A program made the position numbers and the translations under genes. Positions 9,102 to 19,779 of a DNA stretch of 64,000 nucleotides are shown piece after piece (the stretch's first letter is position 1; each line of letters starts with the position of its first letter). The notes below the pieces were generated by a model. The model was given only the letters and a program-made list of their open reading frames with translations. It was not told where the DNA came from and ran no database searches. Origin of the DNA: a virus (Duplodnaviria > Caudoviricetes); the IMG/VR virus record IMGVR_UViG_3300009787_000007, positions 22,346-86,345 of that record; one strand, given 5' to 3'.

Positions 9102-10760
9102 CTAAGCACCTTGAGATGGATATTGCATATCTTGAGAGTTAGATTGACTAGAAGTAGATTGTTGAGTATTAGAATCATTAGGAGTATTACCTTGTTGATT
9201 AGGATCAGAAGTATTAGATTGAGGATTCTGCAACTGTTGTTCCTGCATAGCTATTTGTTGTTCTTGCATTTGAACTTGTTGAACTTGCAACTGTAGTTGT
9301 AACTGAGTTAATTGATTTTGAACTTCTTTAGCTATTTGAGCAGCCATAGCATCTTGTTCTTTTTCAGCCTTATCAGCTTCATTTAGAGCAGGTAGACCTA
9401 AATTCTTTCTAATTAGACCTATAACTTCAGTATCATTTTGATCTAATATTCCTGAAGCTATTAATGAAGATATAGTAGATAATCTACTATTTATAGTAGT
9501 TTGATCTTCTTCTGCATCGAATACAAATTCACCGTAGTTATTTTTAAACCAGTCAAAGGGAAAGTTAAAATATAATAATCTTTTAACTACTTTATTAATT
9601 AATTCTTCTTTAATTGAAGTAGTTAAAGCATAGATAGTTGTATCAAATACTGACTTAAAGTTTTGAGATAGACCTACATTAGTTGTACCTGAAATACCTG
9701 AATCAAAAATACCTACTGGAACACCGAATGCTCTTTGTAAACCTCTATCGATATAGTTAAGAATATAATCCCAGAATCTCTCATCATTTTGTATTTGTAT
9801 TCTAGTAATTTCAACATCTACATCAGTTACTATATAATCTTTCTTATAAATATCTTGTAATTGATAATTTAAAGCTATTTGTTTAGTAACTTCAACTGGT
9901 TTACCACTACCATCTTTTAATGGATTCATTTTACTATCTACTAGGATAGTTCTACCAGTATTAGGAGTTTTAGCATGAAGTATACCAGTAGAATTATTTT
10001 TAGTAGCAATAGCTAAATGAGTCAATACAATTCTTTTCAAAGTGTAATAATTTAAAGCTATTATTCCATCACCTATTCCCCATACTTCTCTTTCATTAAA
10101 AGTAGCACCTGAGTTATTAATAATATGAATACATTTCTTATAAGGTATTTTTACATAAATACCATGACCATTATCATATTCTATAGTTTCAATCCTACCT
10201 CTTTTACCTAATATTCTTATAATTCTTTCAGGATCTAGAACATTAATATTTTCTAATCTCCATTGACCTCTATAACCTCTAGCTTTAGAAGTCATAGTAA
10301 ATTCTGCTATACAAAATCCATAAAGTATAGTAGATGAAATCATTTTAAATAAAACTCTTTTAAATGATGTTCCTAATGTAGTTAAATTACTATTAATAAA
10401 ATTCTCTATCTCTTTCTTAGGATGAGAAAAGTTACCAAACGATTGTACTGTTCTTAATGCTTTTAAACTTATACACTGAGATACAACTGGATCTCTCTCT
10501 TGCATCTCATTTAAAGCTTTTATAGGTGGTCTTTTATCAACTGCTGGATATGCAAACTCACTAATAGCTGTAGTATATAAATTAGCTATATGAGAACTAT
10601 ATTGACCTTGATGATATACATTTAAAGGAGTTGGAACATTACTAAATAATAACTCTAAATCTAACTCTCCAATTGGTATATCATTCTTTAAACTTTGTAA
10701 TATCTGACTATTACTTGTATTACTACTAGCATAACTATTACTAAAATCTCTGTTATTCAT
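9102..10760 (-). CDS. Portal protein (DUF935/Mu gp29-like) with Q-rich C-terminal extension
   Basis: EMQERDPVVSQCISLK, TILYGFCIAEF, E.WGIG......YY.LK, RAFGVP and LINK.V..L...NF patterns typical of DUF935-type portals; 552 aa. Confidence 0.75.
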   Translation of the reverse strand: MNNRDFSNSYASSNTSNSQILQSLKNDIPIGELDLELLFSNVPTPLNVYHQGQYSSHIANLYTTAISEFAYPAVDKRPPIKALNEMQERDPVVSQCISLKALRTVQSFGNFSHPKKEIENFINSNLTTLGTSFKRVLFKMISSTILYGFCIAEFTMTSKARGYRGQWRLENINVLDPERIIRILGKRGRIETIEYDNGHGIYVKIPYKKCIHIINNSGATFNEREVWGIGDGIIALNYYTLKRIVLTHLAIATKNNSTGILHAKTPNTGRTILVDSKMNPLKDGSGKPVEVTKQIALNYQLQDIYKKDYIVTDVDVEITRIQIQNDERFWDYILNYIDRGLQRAFGVPVGIFDSGISGTTNVGLSQNFKSVFDTTIYALTTSIKEELINKVVKRLLYFNFPFDWFKNNYGEFVFDAEEDQTTINSRLSTISSLIASGILDQNDTEVIGLIRKNLGLPALNEADKAEKEQDAMAAQIAKEVQNQLTQLQLQLQVQQVQMQEQQIAMQEQQLQNPQSNTSDPNQQGNTPNDSNTQQSTSSQSNSQDMQYPSQGA

Positions 10761-10921
10761 TGTAAATTTATATCTATATTTATATTTATACTATTTATAT
10801 TAATTAGTTATTTTCTAACATATAGTTTCTAACTTATATTTATATGTACTATATAATAATTATACTAACTATAACGTATAATTATAACTTATAGATAATT
10901 TAATTAATATAACTAACTATT

Positions 10922-11722
10922 ATGAGTAATACATTAAACAATATTTCATTAATATCTACATATAATTATGGTTCACCTAGATATCATACTATACTTAATC
11001 TTCCTACAGTTATAATTCCAGAAGATTATGTAACACATGATGCAGTTCAAGGTACATATGATATGAATTTTCCATTATATGTAATGACTAATAATAATCC
11101 TCCTGTAATAGAATTAGTAGATGAGAATAGTAATATAAATCAGATTAAAGGTTCATTAGCACCATACCTTAGTCAGAAAGCATATATGACTAAACAGATA
11201 GGTAAACAAGCTACTACAACTATTCCAACTAACACTAATTTAGATTCTCAAACTATTTCATATGATGAATATTTACATATAAATGTTAATCCTAGTTGGT
11301 GTACTATTCAGAATAATTACGTTAGTAATACTAACTCTAATACTACTATTACACCTAGATTTCTAGTTAGAGTATTAGGTAATTCTATATTAATATCTGA
11401 TATATATGCTTTAACACTAGCTTCATCTAACTTAGGTGTAAGTAATACACTATTTCCAGTAGGAATTATAGTTAGTTATAATAATAATTTATGGATAAAT
11501 ACTCAATCAACTAATCTTTATCCTCCTAGTACAGCTAATGCTCAATCAGATTATTGGAATAATCTAAATGGTATAACTAATATATTTAATGCAGATTTAT
11601 TCTTTCTATCTAGTAACGGTACTTCATATTTTACTTCAGTTTCAGATGATTCTAGAGATTTTAATCCATTAACTGAAGATGATACCTTAGTAGCTTGGAA
11701 TTTATCTTACTATCAAGAATAA
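10922..11722 (+). CDS. Hypothetical beta-rich protein, probably virion-associated
   Basis: 266-aa ORF with N/T/S/Y-rich composition like the structural genes, but on the opposite strand. Confidence 0.6.
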   Translation: MSNTLNNISLISTYNYGSPRYHTILNLPTVIIPEDYVTHDAVQGTYDMNFPLYVMTNNNPPVIELVDENSNINQIKGSLAPYLSQKAYMTKQIGKQATTTIPTNTNLDSQTISYDEYLHINVNPSWCTIQNNYVSNTNSNTTITPRFLVRVLGNSILISDIYALTLASSNLGVSNTLFPVGIIVSYNNNLWINTQSTNLYPPSTANAQSDYWNNLNGITNIFNADLFFLSSNGTSYFTSVSDDSRDFNPLTEDDTLVAWNLSYYQE

Positions 11723-11740
11723 TTTATACTACTATACTTC

Positions 11741-11775
<35 letters not shown>

Positions 11776-11817
11776 TAAATTAGTTAATATATTTACTATT
11801 ATGTACATATAAGATTA

Positions 11818-13728
11818 CTAATTAGAGACAGTAGAGTTTACATTTGTCCAGAATTTATTAGGGAAGTAATGAGGATTACTACTTAATACAGACAGTTGAT
11901 TAGCATTAGGTTCTCGCATAAGTAAGGTATTAGTTTCATTAGCGGCTATATTTACATTACCTATATCATATTCTGATAAACCTTCTCCTCCCATACCAGC
12001 TAATATTTGACTATAGTATTGTTGCATTTGGTCTAAACTAGCTACATCTGAAGCATCTTGACCAGCATCATTATAATTATTATCTGCTGAACCACCATCT
12101 ATTGCAGGTGGATTTATCTGGTAATAATATATAGATTGATGTCCAAATATAGGCGGATTGTTGTAGTTTATGATGAATGTAAGCGTACCAAACAGATATT
12201 CAAAGTAACCAGAAGGTGGATTAACAGGAGAGTTCCAAGTAGTTTCTACAGCATTAGGAACACCTGGAGCTAGTATTAATTGACCTAGATCAAACATACT
12301 ACCTACAGGAACACCAGCTAAAGATTCGCTAGTTTTAACGCTTTGATATAAATTAGTATCACCTATAGGATAGAAAGATATAACGTTACCATAACACCAC
12401 CATAGTTTATAATCATATGAATAACCATATGATCTAGAACCTGAAGTAGCTTGTACTTGAGAAGGATGATTAATATTACCTGTAGCAGAACCAAAGTTAA
12501 ATCTAAGTAATATAGAAGCATCATTAGACATAGCTAATACAGGAGTGTAACATAGATTCTGATCAGAATATTTATTAGGAGTTACTGAATTAGAACTAAT
12601 ATTAGTTAAACTATTAGGTCTAATACAGTTAGTAGATTGAGAATATGATTGTAGTGAAACTCTTAAAGCATCTGTACCATAATCTGGACATTGATAAGGA
12701 GAACATATTTTATCATTAGTAGTGCTTACATAATTAGCTAAACCATTACTAAACTCATTAAAATCTAATTCCTTTCCATAACCTAATACAGTAGTTAAAT
12801 TTACTCTTTGAGTTAGGTTTAGATTATAGTTAAATTGTTTTTCTAACTGAACAATTCCATTAGCTATTGTATATGTTGAACTAGCTGATCTAGTTCTTTT
12901 ATTAAGGTTTAAGATACCTCTACACCATGTAAAAGAATAAGTTGGAGTAAAACTATATTCTACTACAGAATTAACCTGTATTGTACCGTTATCTACTTGT
13001 AAAGGAGTTCCTAAAGGTATATAATTACCTCCATCAGTAGGAGCTATAGAAGTAATAGGTATTCTATCTTGTACATCTACACCTATTGCAGTCCAAGTAC
13101 CACCACCTAAGTAATATAGACTATTCATATCAAAGTTATATGAGAAACAAATAGGTAAACTTTGAGATTCTATAAAATATGAATTATAAACACCATTTAA
13201 ATTAGAATCTATACTAAATAATCTCCAATTTAACTGTATAGTTCCATCAGGATTAGTAATTTGACTAACTTGATGAGCTATATGTACTGAGTAAGCATCA
13301 TCTTCTACTCCATTAGCGGTAATATAACATTTGATTACTAAATTACTTGTAGTGAATATATAAACAGGTGTAATTAAACCATATATATCTTCATCTATAA
13401 ATACTCCATATACATTAGTAGCTGTATTACTATTATTATTAACTGGACTATTAAATGGAATAGGTTGACCAGTTAATAAAGCTATATTATTTAATTCAGC
13501 TTGTTGAGTAACTAATAAGTTAGTTATATCTGTACTACTAAAATTAGTTAATCTTCTAACAGTAACTAATTTAAAGTTAAACTCTTTATCTGTAGTCTCT
13601 GATTTACTTCTCTCAGTTATATTCTTTTCAGATAATGTTTGAGTAGTAACTAAATGTTCTATATCATCTCTACCTCTTAAATATATCCTTCCTGTACCAT
13701 CTAATCTAATGAAATCTGATGTTGGCAT
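11818..13728 (-). CDS. Hypothetical virion/tail-tip protein
   Basis: 636-aa ORF; beta-rich structural composition; no family recognised. Confidence 0.55.
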   Translation of the reverse strand: MPTSDFIRLDGTGRIYLRGRDDIEHLVTTQTLSEKNITERSKSETTDKEFNFKLVTVRRLTNFSSTDITNLLVTQQAELNNIALLTGQPIPFNSPVNNNSNTATNVYGVFIDEDIYGLITPVYIFTTSNLVIKCYITANGVEDDAYSVHIAHQVSQITNPDGTIQLNWRLFSIDSNLNGVYNSYFIESQSLPICFSYNFDMNSLYYLGGGTWTAIGVDVQDRIPITSIAPTDGGNYIPLGTPLQVDNGTIQVNSVVEYSFTPTYSFTWCRGILNLNKRTRSASSTYTIANGIVQLEKQFNYNLNLTQRVNLTTVLGYGKELDFNEFSNGLANYVSTTNDKICSPYQCPDYGTDALRVSLQSYSQSTNCIRPNSLTNISSNSVTPNKYSDQNLCYTPVLAMSNDASILLRFNFGSATGNINHPSQVQATSGSRSYGYSYDYKLWWCYGNVISFYPIGDTNLYQSVKTSESLAGVPVGSMFDLGQLILAPGVPNAVETTWNSPVNPPSGYFEYLFGTLTFIINYNNPPIFGHQSIYYYQINPPAIDGGSADNNYNDAGQDASDVASLDQMQQYYSQILAGMGGEGLSEYDIGNVNIAANETNTLLMREPNANQLSVLSSNPHYFPNKFWTNVNSTVSN

Positions 13729-13783
13729 ATCTTATAATGTTAATAGTAATATATAAATTTTATAATAAATTAATTTAATTAAT

Positions 13784-14188
13784 ATGAATACATTATATAT
13801 GGTTGAGTTTGGTTTATCTCCTGAACAAGAGAAACTACTATATGGAGCTACAGTAGGTCTAACTTTAGGAGATGTAGTAGGTAATGTAGCTTCAGGTATT
13901 GATAGTTATAGTAAAAGAGAAGATATAGAGAAAGAAAAAGCTAGAAAATTAGCTGAAAAGTTTAATAAAGATTTTGAAACCTTTAATACTAAGAATAATT
14001 CTAATGGTTTCTTTATATCAGATGCAAATACTCCTGAAGGTAAAAGATATATAAAATCAGCTAATAAATTCTTAGACAATGAAAATAATTTAAATAATAA
14101 ATACTATAATCCTTATATTATTCCTGGTACTGCTGCTGCTGGTACACTATTAGGTGTAGGTATAGCTCATTATCTTAATAAGAAATAA
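13784..14188 (+). CDS. Glycine-zipper protein related to the 41-49 kb cluster
   Basis: Short leader MNTLYMVEF, then LLYGATVGLTLGDVVG and a C-terminal GTAAAGTLLGVGIAHYL segment. Confidence 0.7.
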   Translation: MNTLYMVEFGLSPEQEKLLYGATVGLTLGDVVGNVASGIDSYSKREDIEKEKARKLAEKFNKDFETFNTKNNSNGFFISDANTPEGKRYIKSANKFLDNENNLNNKYYNPYIIPGTAAAGTLLGVGIAHYLNKK

Positions 14189-14216
14189 GTTATATACACA
14201 TTTATAATAATAAATG

Positions 14217-14636
14217 TTATTCATCAAAAGGATTATCTATTAGTTTTTCTATATTTAATTGTTCCTTTGGTATACCTAAACTTTTACCATAATTTTTAAT
14301 AGTATTAAAAGATTTACGATTATTTCTTTTAGCTGTAAATATTTTATTAGGAAATGCAACATGAATAGTATCTCCATTTACTAGATGTGCATAAAATGGA
14401 TTATTAATATTACTAGAAATGGACTCTAGAGTAGTAGGTAAATTATCATTATCTACTTCTACTTTATGTAAATTATATACTTTTGATTGTATATCATTTT
14501 CTAATTTAGTCTTTTCAGTATTTACTATATTTATATTATTTAGTAAAGAAGGGTTGTTTAAACTTTCTTCTATAATTACACCTTTCCACTTATTACTATC
14601 TTCTTTATTAAAATAAACTATATCTACCATATACAT
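14217..14636 (-). CDS. Conserved hypothetical protein (KGVIIEESL...YG.SLGIP.EQL family)
   Basis: WKGVIIEESL, LHKVEV, FYAHL, VAFPNKIF and YGKSLGIPKEQL match, from memory, an uncharacterised family seen in CPR bacteria and archaea. Confidence 0.6.
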   Translation of the reverse strand: MYMVDIVYFNKEDSNKWKGVIIEESLNNPSLLNNINIVNTEKTKLENDIQSKVYNLHKVEVDNDNLPTTLESISSNINNPFYAHLVNGDTIHVAFPNKIFTAKRNNRKSFNTIKNYGKSLGIPKEQLNIEKLIDNPFDE

Positions 14637-14665
14637 ACTATAAACCTCCTTGTCTAATTTATTCT

Positions 14666-17600
14666 TTAACTAGTAGGATAAGGTAAACTAGGTGGTGTAA
14701 ATGGTTGTAAATATCTAGCTATTCCTTTAGTTATTCTTATTCCACTAATTAATGCACTAATATAACCTAAGTAATATCCTAAACTTGTACTAACATTACT
14801 CCAACTAACATTCTTTATACTATCTTCTAAACTTCCATTTCTATATAAATTACATGTTCCATTTCCATATATGTCAACTACATTCACTAAAGCTATATGT
14901 GTCCATGTAGATACGCTTATATCCTCTATAATAGCTGGTATAGTATAACCTGATTCATTATATAATCTAACACTAGATTCTTCTAGGATATACAGTAATT
15001 GAGGATAGTTAGATTGAGTTAATAAACCTGTAATTAAAGTACCATTACCTAAAGTAGATTGACTACTATTAGAATTAGAACTATTAGTATTACTATTATT
15101 TCCAATATAACTGAGTTTGGATAAATTACCAGCAGTGATAGTATTACTATTAATGAATCTTTCATTATATTCATAAAGTATATTATTAAAATTGTTATCT
15201 AGAGCTATGTCATAATAATAACCTATATTAGTATCTACATCATATATAATTCTTTGTGCAAAACCTTTACTTCCTATGAAATTATTTACATCAAATACTG
15301 GAACACTTGTACTATTTATATTTCCTATAATTATATCTGTAACATTACCAGTGTTAAGTGATTCATATCCTGGTACATATGTATCAAAATTAGATTCTGT
15401 AGATACATCTATTTGATAATTTTCAGCATTAGTAACTATATTCCAGTTAGCTTGAAATGAATTAGTAGTAACACTAGAAGAAGGTAATAAAACTGGTTGA
15501 GTTAGACGTAATATACTACTACTTTGTATATAAGCATAGAACTCAATAGTGTAATTAATAGTAGAAGGTAAAGACTGATTTAAGTTAAATAATAGACTAG
15601 AATTAGTACCATTAAATAACATAGATTTACTTAATCCTACTGGACTATTTTGACTAGTTAAAGTTACATTATTTACAGTTATAGAAGTATTAGTATTTGA
15701 TTCATCGATTATATTTATAGTAGGTTGTAATAAGAATATTACATTACTAAAATACTGATCTGGAATATAAGCAGGTACAACAGTAGTTCTAGTTAAAGTA
15801 TTACTAATTGAATTATAATTTCCTGCTAAATCTTGCATAGTATTAGCTGGTAAGTATATACTAACATTACCTGAACTTGAAGCTACTATAGTAACTTTAT
15901 ATAAATTCTGATTAGGATATGAGAATAAATTACTAGCTATACCATTACTAACATTTAATAAATCTAAAGTTAAAGGATTAAGTGTATTGTTATTAAAGCT
16001 AATAAATATATCAAATTGATAAGAATTATCATTAGGTTCATTAGTATATACTGTACAATTTAAAGCTGATAACATTATATCTACATAGGAATTATCTGTA
16101 GTAGAACTAAATACTTTATTAGGTAAATTAGGTTCATTACTTATAGCTATAGAGAAATTAACTATTCCATTAGAATAAGTATTATCTACTGTTACTGTTG
16201 AATAGTAATAATTATTGCTATATGAAGTATTAGCAATGATATTATTTATAGTTACTGTTGGTATATTAACTAGATTAATAATAGATGAATATTTAACTGT
16301 AATTACATTGTTTATAGTAGCTAGATTTGAATTATAATTATCTGAATATATTGATATGTAATTAAGTAAATTAGTAGCATCAGTAATATTTTCTAATACT
16401 GTATATGGTAATCCAGGAATGTCTACTGAAGCAGCAGTATATAAAGCTTGTCCTAATGTAACTCTTATATTAGATAGCCAATAATTACAATCAGTTATTC
16501 TATTTTGGTAATATCCTACTTTAATATCTCCTCTAGTTACATCTATTCCAGGTGTAGCAACTATTAATGCTATCCTTATTCCATTCCTATAAAATCTATA
16601 TACTCCACTTTGACAAGTTACTGCGAAATGTGGATATAATTGCTGTAAACTATAACCTGCTGTACCTAATGCTATAAAATTACCTGTATCTAAATCAGGA
16701 TAACTTAATCCACTAAATAATTGCGTAGTATTAGTAACGCTTCTATATATTAATAACTGCTTATTACTACTAAAGAAACATATACCTGTACTAGAGTTTT
16801 CGATAGAAAAGATATGACTTGATTTATTATTAGATGAATCTATTCTTAGAAAGAACTCTATAGTCCAATCATAACTAGTTCCTGCTGTAGTAGTATTATC
16901 TGAACCTATAGCATTGAATCCTGTATATACTAATCCAGATTGTTCATTAGTAGGTTGTACTTGTAATGAACTAGTTTCTCCAAATGGATAAGTAGTTGTA
17001 TCAAATGTAATTTGGTTAGCTATTACAGGAGTTAAAGTTAATCTAGCTGGACTTAGATCATATACAGTATTAGCAGTATCTAAAGGTAATTGAAGTATAG
17101 GAAATGAACTAGAATATATTCTAACTAATGAAGCACTAATAGCTGATGTTATATTGCTATCTGTAACTCCTGTTCCTTGCATACATTGTACTATTACTGG
17201 TGCTTCTTTTATAGGTTGTACTGTTATCTGATATACAGAACCTATAGTTATAGTAGAAGTATTAGTTATTGTACCATTCTCAACACCTATCTTAGTAGGA
17301 TCAAATGTTGCAATAGCAGCATTAAATGTAATAGTAACTAGGAAACTACTATTTATATAAGGATTACTACCTGATGTAAGTATAGGTAAAGGATTAGATT
17401 TATTTATAGTATATTGATTACCTTGAAAACTTAATTCACCTGCATAGTTACTAATTAATATGTTAGTTCCACTAAACTTTAATGTTTTTCTATCTAAGAA
17501 ATTTAATCCTAATATTCCATTTCCTGAACCAGTATTGGCAACTAAAGTATATACATAATTATTATTCTTTGTTAATGAAACTATACTAGCTCCTGTTACT

Positions 17601-19741
17601 CCTTGTAATTGAGTTAATGAAAAATCATCTGTAGTTAATGTGTCTACTTCTTGACTTAAATATATATTCCATGAAACTGTAGTTGTTGATACAGAAGCTA
17701 ATGTACTTGTACAAAGAATAGCTATTATTCTAGCTCTAGGTTCAGTTATTACATTTGTACTTAATGGTAAATTAAAAATGTTATCATATGCAAAATATTC
17801 ATTACTAGTAGTTGTAGAATATCTAGCTTGATTAGTAATTCTTAGTCCTTTAATGCCTACTGTTAAGTTATAAATACCTTCATTAATTCCATCATTAACA
17901 CTATTGCAAGTAATTGTAGGATAGCTATTACTATTACTAGATAAACCTAAACTATTAGTTACACTAAATAGAGTGTAATTAAAAGGTATTGTATTAGCTA
18001 AATTTCCATTTATAAATACATATAGATAATTATTAAATCTTTCAATAGCTATATGAGTTTGAGCTTCTTCATATCCTGAATTAACAGTTATAGTATTGTT
18101 ATTATAATTATCATGTCTATATAGAACTAATTCATTAGTAGGTATAGTAGCTGTACCTCTAGAATCTCCATCCCAATATATTAGAGTAGGTGAAACATTA
18201 GCTAACCAATTAGTTCCATCTTCAGATATTTTCAATCCTAAATAGTAACCACCTACATCATATCCATCATTATAACCATATGATTCAGCTTCATATAACC
18301 ATCTTAGGTTAATAGTTAATATTTTATTATTAACTGAAGTACCACTAGTTAAATTTAGTACATTCATAGTGCTATCTACATATACACCAAATCCAGTTGT
18401 AGGTACTTTAGATATTTGTTGATTAGCAGTTAATTGAGGATAATTATTATTACCTGTAGCTACACTATAGCCAGGATTAAAACCTTTATATGGAACTCCA
18501 TTATGAAAATAAGTTAGATAAAATTCTATAGTCCAATTAGTATTACTTAAATTAGTATTTATAGGATTTCTACTATATACATTCTTACCATCTAATTCAA
18601 CAAATCCTGTTATATAATTAGGTGTTAATTCTAATAAACTAGGATTATTTAAATGAGTTTGATAAGGAGAATAATAATATAAATCATATAAAAATGGAAA
18701 GTTAGCTAACACATAATTATAATAATTATCTATAGGATTAGCAATAGAAGTTATATAGAAAGGTAATGAACAGCTATAAAATGATTGTTTATATCTAGAT
18801 ATTCCAGTAGTAATTCTAATATTAGCTAAACCACCTGAAAATGTTAATTCAACTTGATTATTATTTACATAATAAATTCCTTCTGTAGTATTCCAATAAT
18901 TACTAAAAGTTCTAAAATAATTACTTCCACCTATACTTAATCTAGCTCCAGTAGTATTAGCATTTACTCCAACTGAATAATTAAAATTATGTGTGTAATT
19001 AGTATAACTATTTACTAAATTAAAATTAATATATGTTTCTAATACATTACCATTTCTTTGTAAACATACATGATACCAAGTATTAGCTGTAATATTATTA
19101 GCTATTATATATTGATTACTACTATCATAGAAAGTTAATACATTATTAGCTAAGAATATAGAATAACCTAAACCAGTTACATAAGTATAACTATTAATAG
19201 TAGCTATAGTTAAATTATCAGCAGGAGCAAAACAGTCTGCATAGTTAATAATAGGTTGATATTTCCAAGGTAGTGTTACTGAATCAGCATAAAAACTAAA
19301 TTCTATAGTCCAATCATTAGTTCCAAAGTTAATAGGTTGTTGACCATTTAACATCATCTCTAAAAATGTACCTTTAATACTTCCATAAAGAGTACCACTA
19401 TTTAACTCAGCTACTCTTAATGTGTGATTATATTTATTAGGAATAGTTAGAAAACTATTTACTTTATTATTACTGGTTAAATTAGCATTTATATCTGGAT
19501 AATTACTATAATCTGAATCATTTATGTTAATAAAAGCTATATCTGATTGACTAGAACTTCCTATAAAATATCTAAATTGTCTCTGTTTTGTAGAATAATC
19601 TTTATAGAACGGTAATCCTAATGTGTTTAAACTATTATCTAATCTTAATAGTAAATCTACATTGTTAAAGTACACATCATTTACTGTAGCAGTTGTTACA
19701 TTACTACATAATAAATATTTACTTAATGTTTTCTTATCCAT
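14666..19741 (-). CDS. Multi-domain tail fibre/adhesin (about 4 LamG, Ig-like and FN3 domains)
   Basis: Repeated D.YF.NV.LLL ... WTIEF ... W.H..L.R ... RIT.G.ARY...F.PP modules; Ig-like V.ITFN...FD...I.V.NG repeats; FN3 motif SFQANWN.V.NA.NYQIDVS...F. Confidence 0.8.
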   Translation of the reverse strand: MDKKTLSKYLLCSNVTTATVNDVYFNNVDLLLRLDNSLNTLGLPFYKDYSTKQRQFRYFIGSSSQSDIAFININDSDYSNYPDINANLTSNNKVNSFLTIPNKYNHTLRVAELNSGTLYGSIKGTFLEMMLNGQQPINFGTNDWTIEFSFYADSVTLPWKYQPIINYADCFAPADNLTIATINSYTYVTGLGYSIFLANNVLTFYDSSNQYIIANNITANTWYHVCLQRNGNVLETYINFNLVNSYTNYTHNFNYSVGVNANTTGARLSIGGSNYFRTFSNYWNTTEGIYYVNNNQVELTFSGGLANIRITTGISRYKQSFYSCSLPFYITSIANPIDNYYNYVLANFPFLYDLYYYSPYQTHLNNPSLLELTPNYITGFVELDGKNVYSRNPINTNLSNTNWTIEFYLTYFHNGVPYKGFNPGYSVATGNNNYPQLTANQQISKVPTTGFGVYVDSTMNVLNLTSGTSVNNKILTINLRWLYEAESYGYNDGYDVGGYYLGLKISEDGTNWLANVSPTLIYWDGDSRGTATIPTNELVLYRHDNYNNNTITVNSGYEEAQTHIAIERFNNYLYVFINGNLANTIPFNYTLFSVTNSLGLSSNSNSYPTITCNSVNDGINEGIYNLTVGIKGLRITNQARYSTTTSNEYFAYDNIFNLPLSTNVITEPRARIIAILCTSTLASVSTTTVSWNIYLSQEVDTLTTDDFSLTQLQGVTGASIVSLTKNNNYVYTLVANTGSGNGILGLNFLDRKTLKFSGTNILISNYAGELSFQGNQYTINKSNPLPILTSGSNPYINSSFLVTITFNAAIATFDPTKIGVENGTITNTSTITIGSVYQITVQPIKEAPVIVQCMQGTGVTDSNITSAISASLVRIYSSSFPILQLPLDTANTVYDLSPARLTLTPVIANQITFDTTTYPFGETSSLQVQPTNEQSGLVYTGFNAIGSDNTTTAGTSYDWTIEFFLRIDSSNNKSSHIFSIENSSTGICFFSSNKQLLIYRSVTNTTQLFSGLSYPDLDTGNFIALGTAGYSLQQLYPHFAVTCQSGVYRFYRNGIRIALIVATPGIDVTRGDIKVGYYQNRITDCNYWLSNIRVTLGQALYTAASVDIPGLPYTVLENITDATNLLNYISIYSDNYNSNLATINNVITVKYSSIINLVNIPTVTINNIIANTSYSNNYYYSTVTVDNTYSNGIVNFSIAISNEPNLPNKVFSSTTDNSYVDIMLSALNCTVYTNEPNDNSYQFDIFISFNNNTLNPLTLDLLNVSNGIASNLFSYPNQNLYKVTIVASSSGNVSIYLPANTMQDLAGNYNSISNTLTRTTVVPAYIPDQYFSNVIFLLQPTINIIDESNTNTSITVNNVTLTSQNSPVGLSKSMLFNGTNSSLLFNLNQSLPSTINYTIEFYAYIQSSSILRLTQPVLLPSSSVTTNSFQANWNIVTNAENYQIDVSTESNFDTYVPGYESLNTGNVTDIIIGNINSTSVPVFDVNNFIGSKGFAQRIIYDVDTNIGYYYDIALDNNFNNILYEYNERFINSNTITAGNLSKLSYIGNNSNTNSSNSNSSQSTLGNGTLITGLLTQSNYPQLLYILEESSVRLYNESGYTIPAIIEDISVSTWTHIALVNVVDIYGNGTCNLYRNGSLEDSIKNVSWSNVSTSLGYYLGYISALISGIRITKGIARYLQPFTPPSLPYPTS

Positions 19742-19779
19742 TTATATTAACCATAATATATAATCAACTAACTAACCTA

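Noticed and set aside
14666-19741. Diversity-generating retroelement target
   Set aside because: No reverse transcriptase and no near-identical template/variable repeat pair seen; the LamG repeats are diverged at DNA level.
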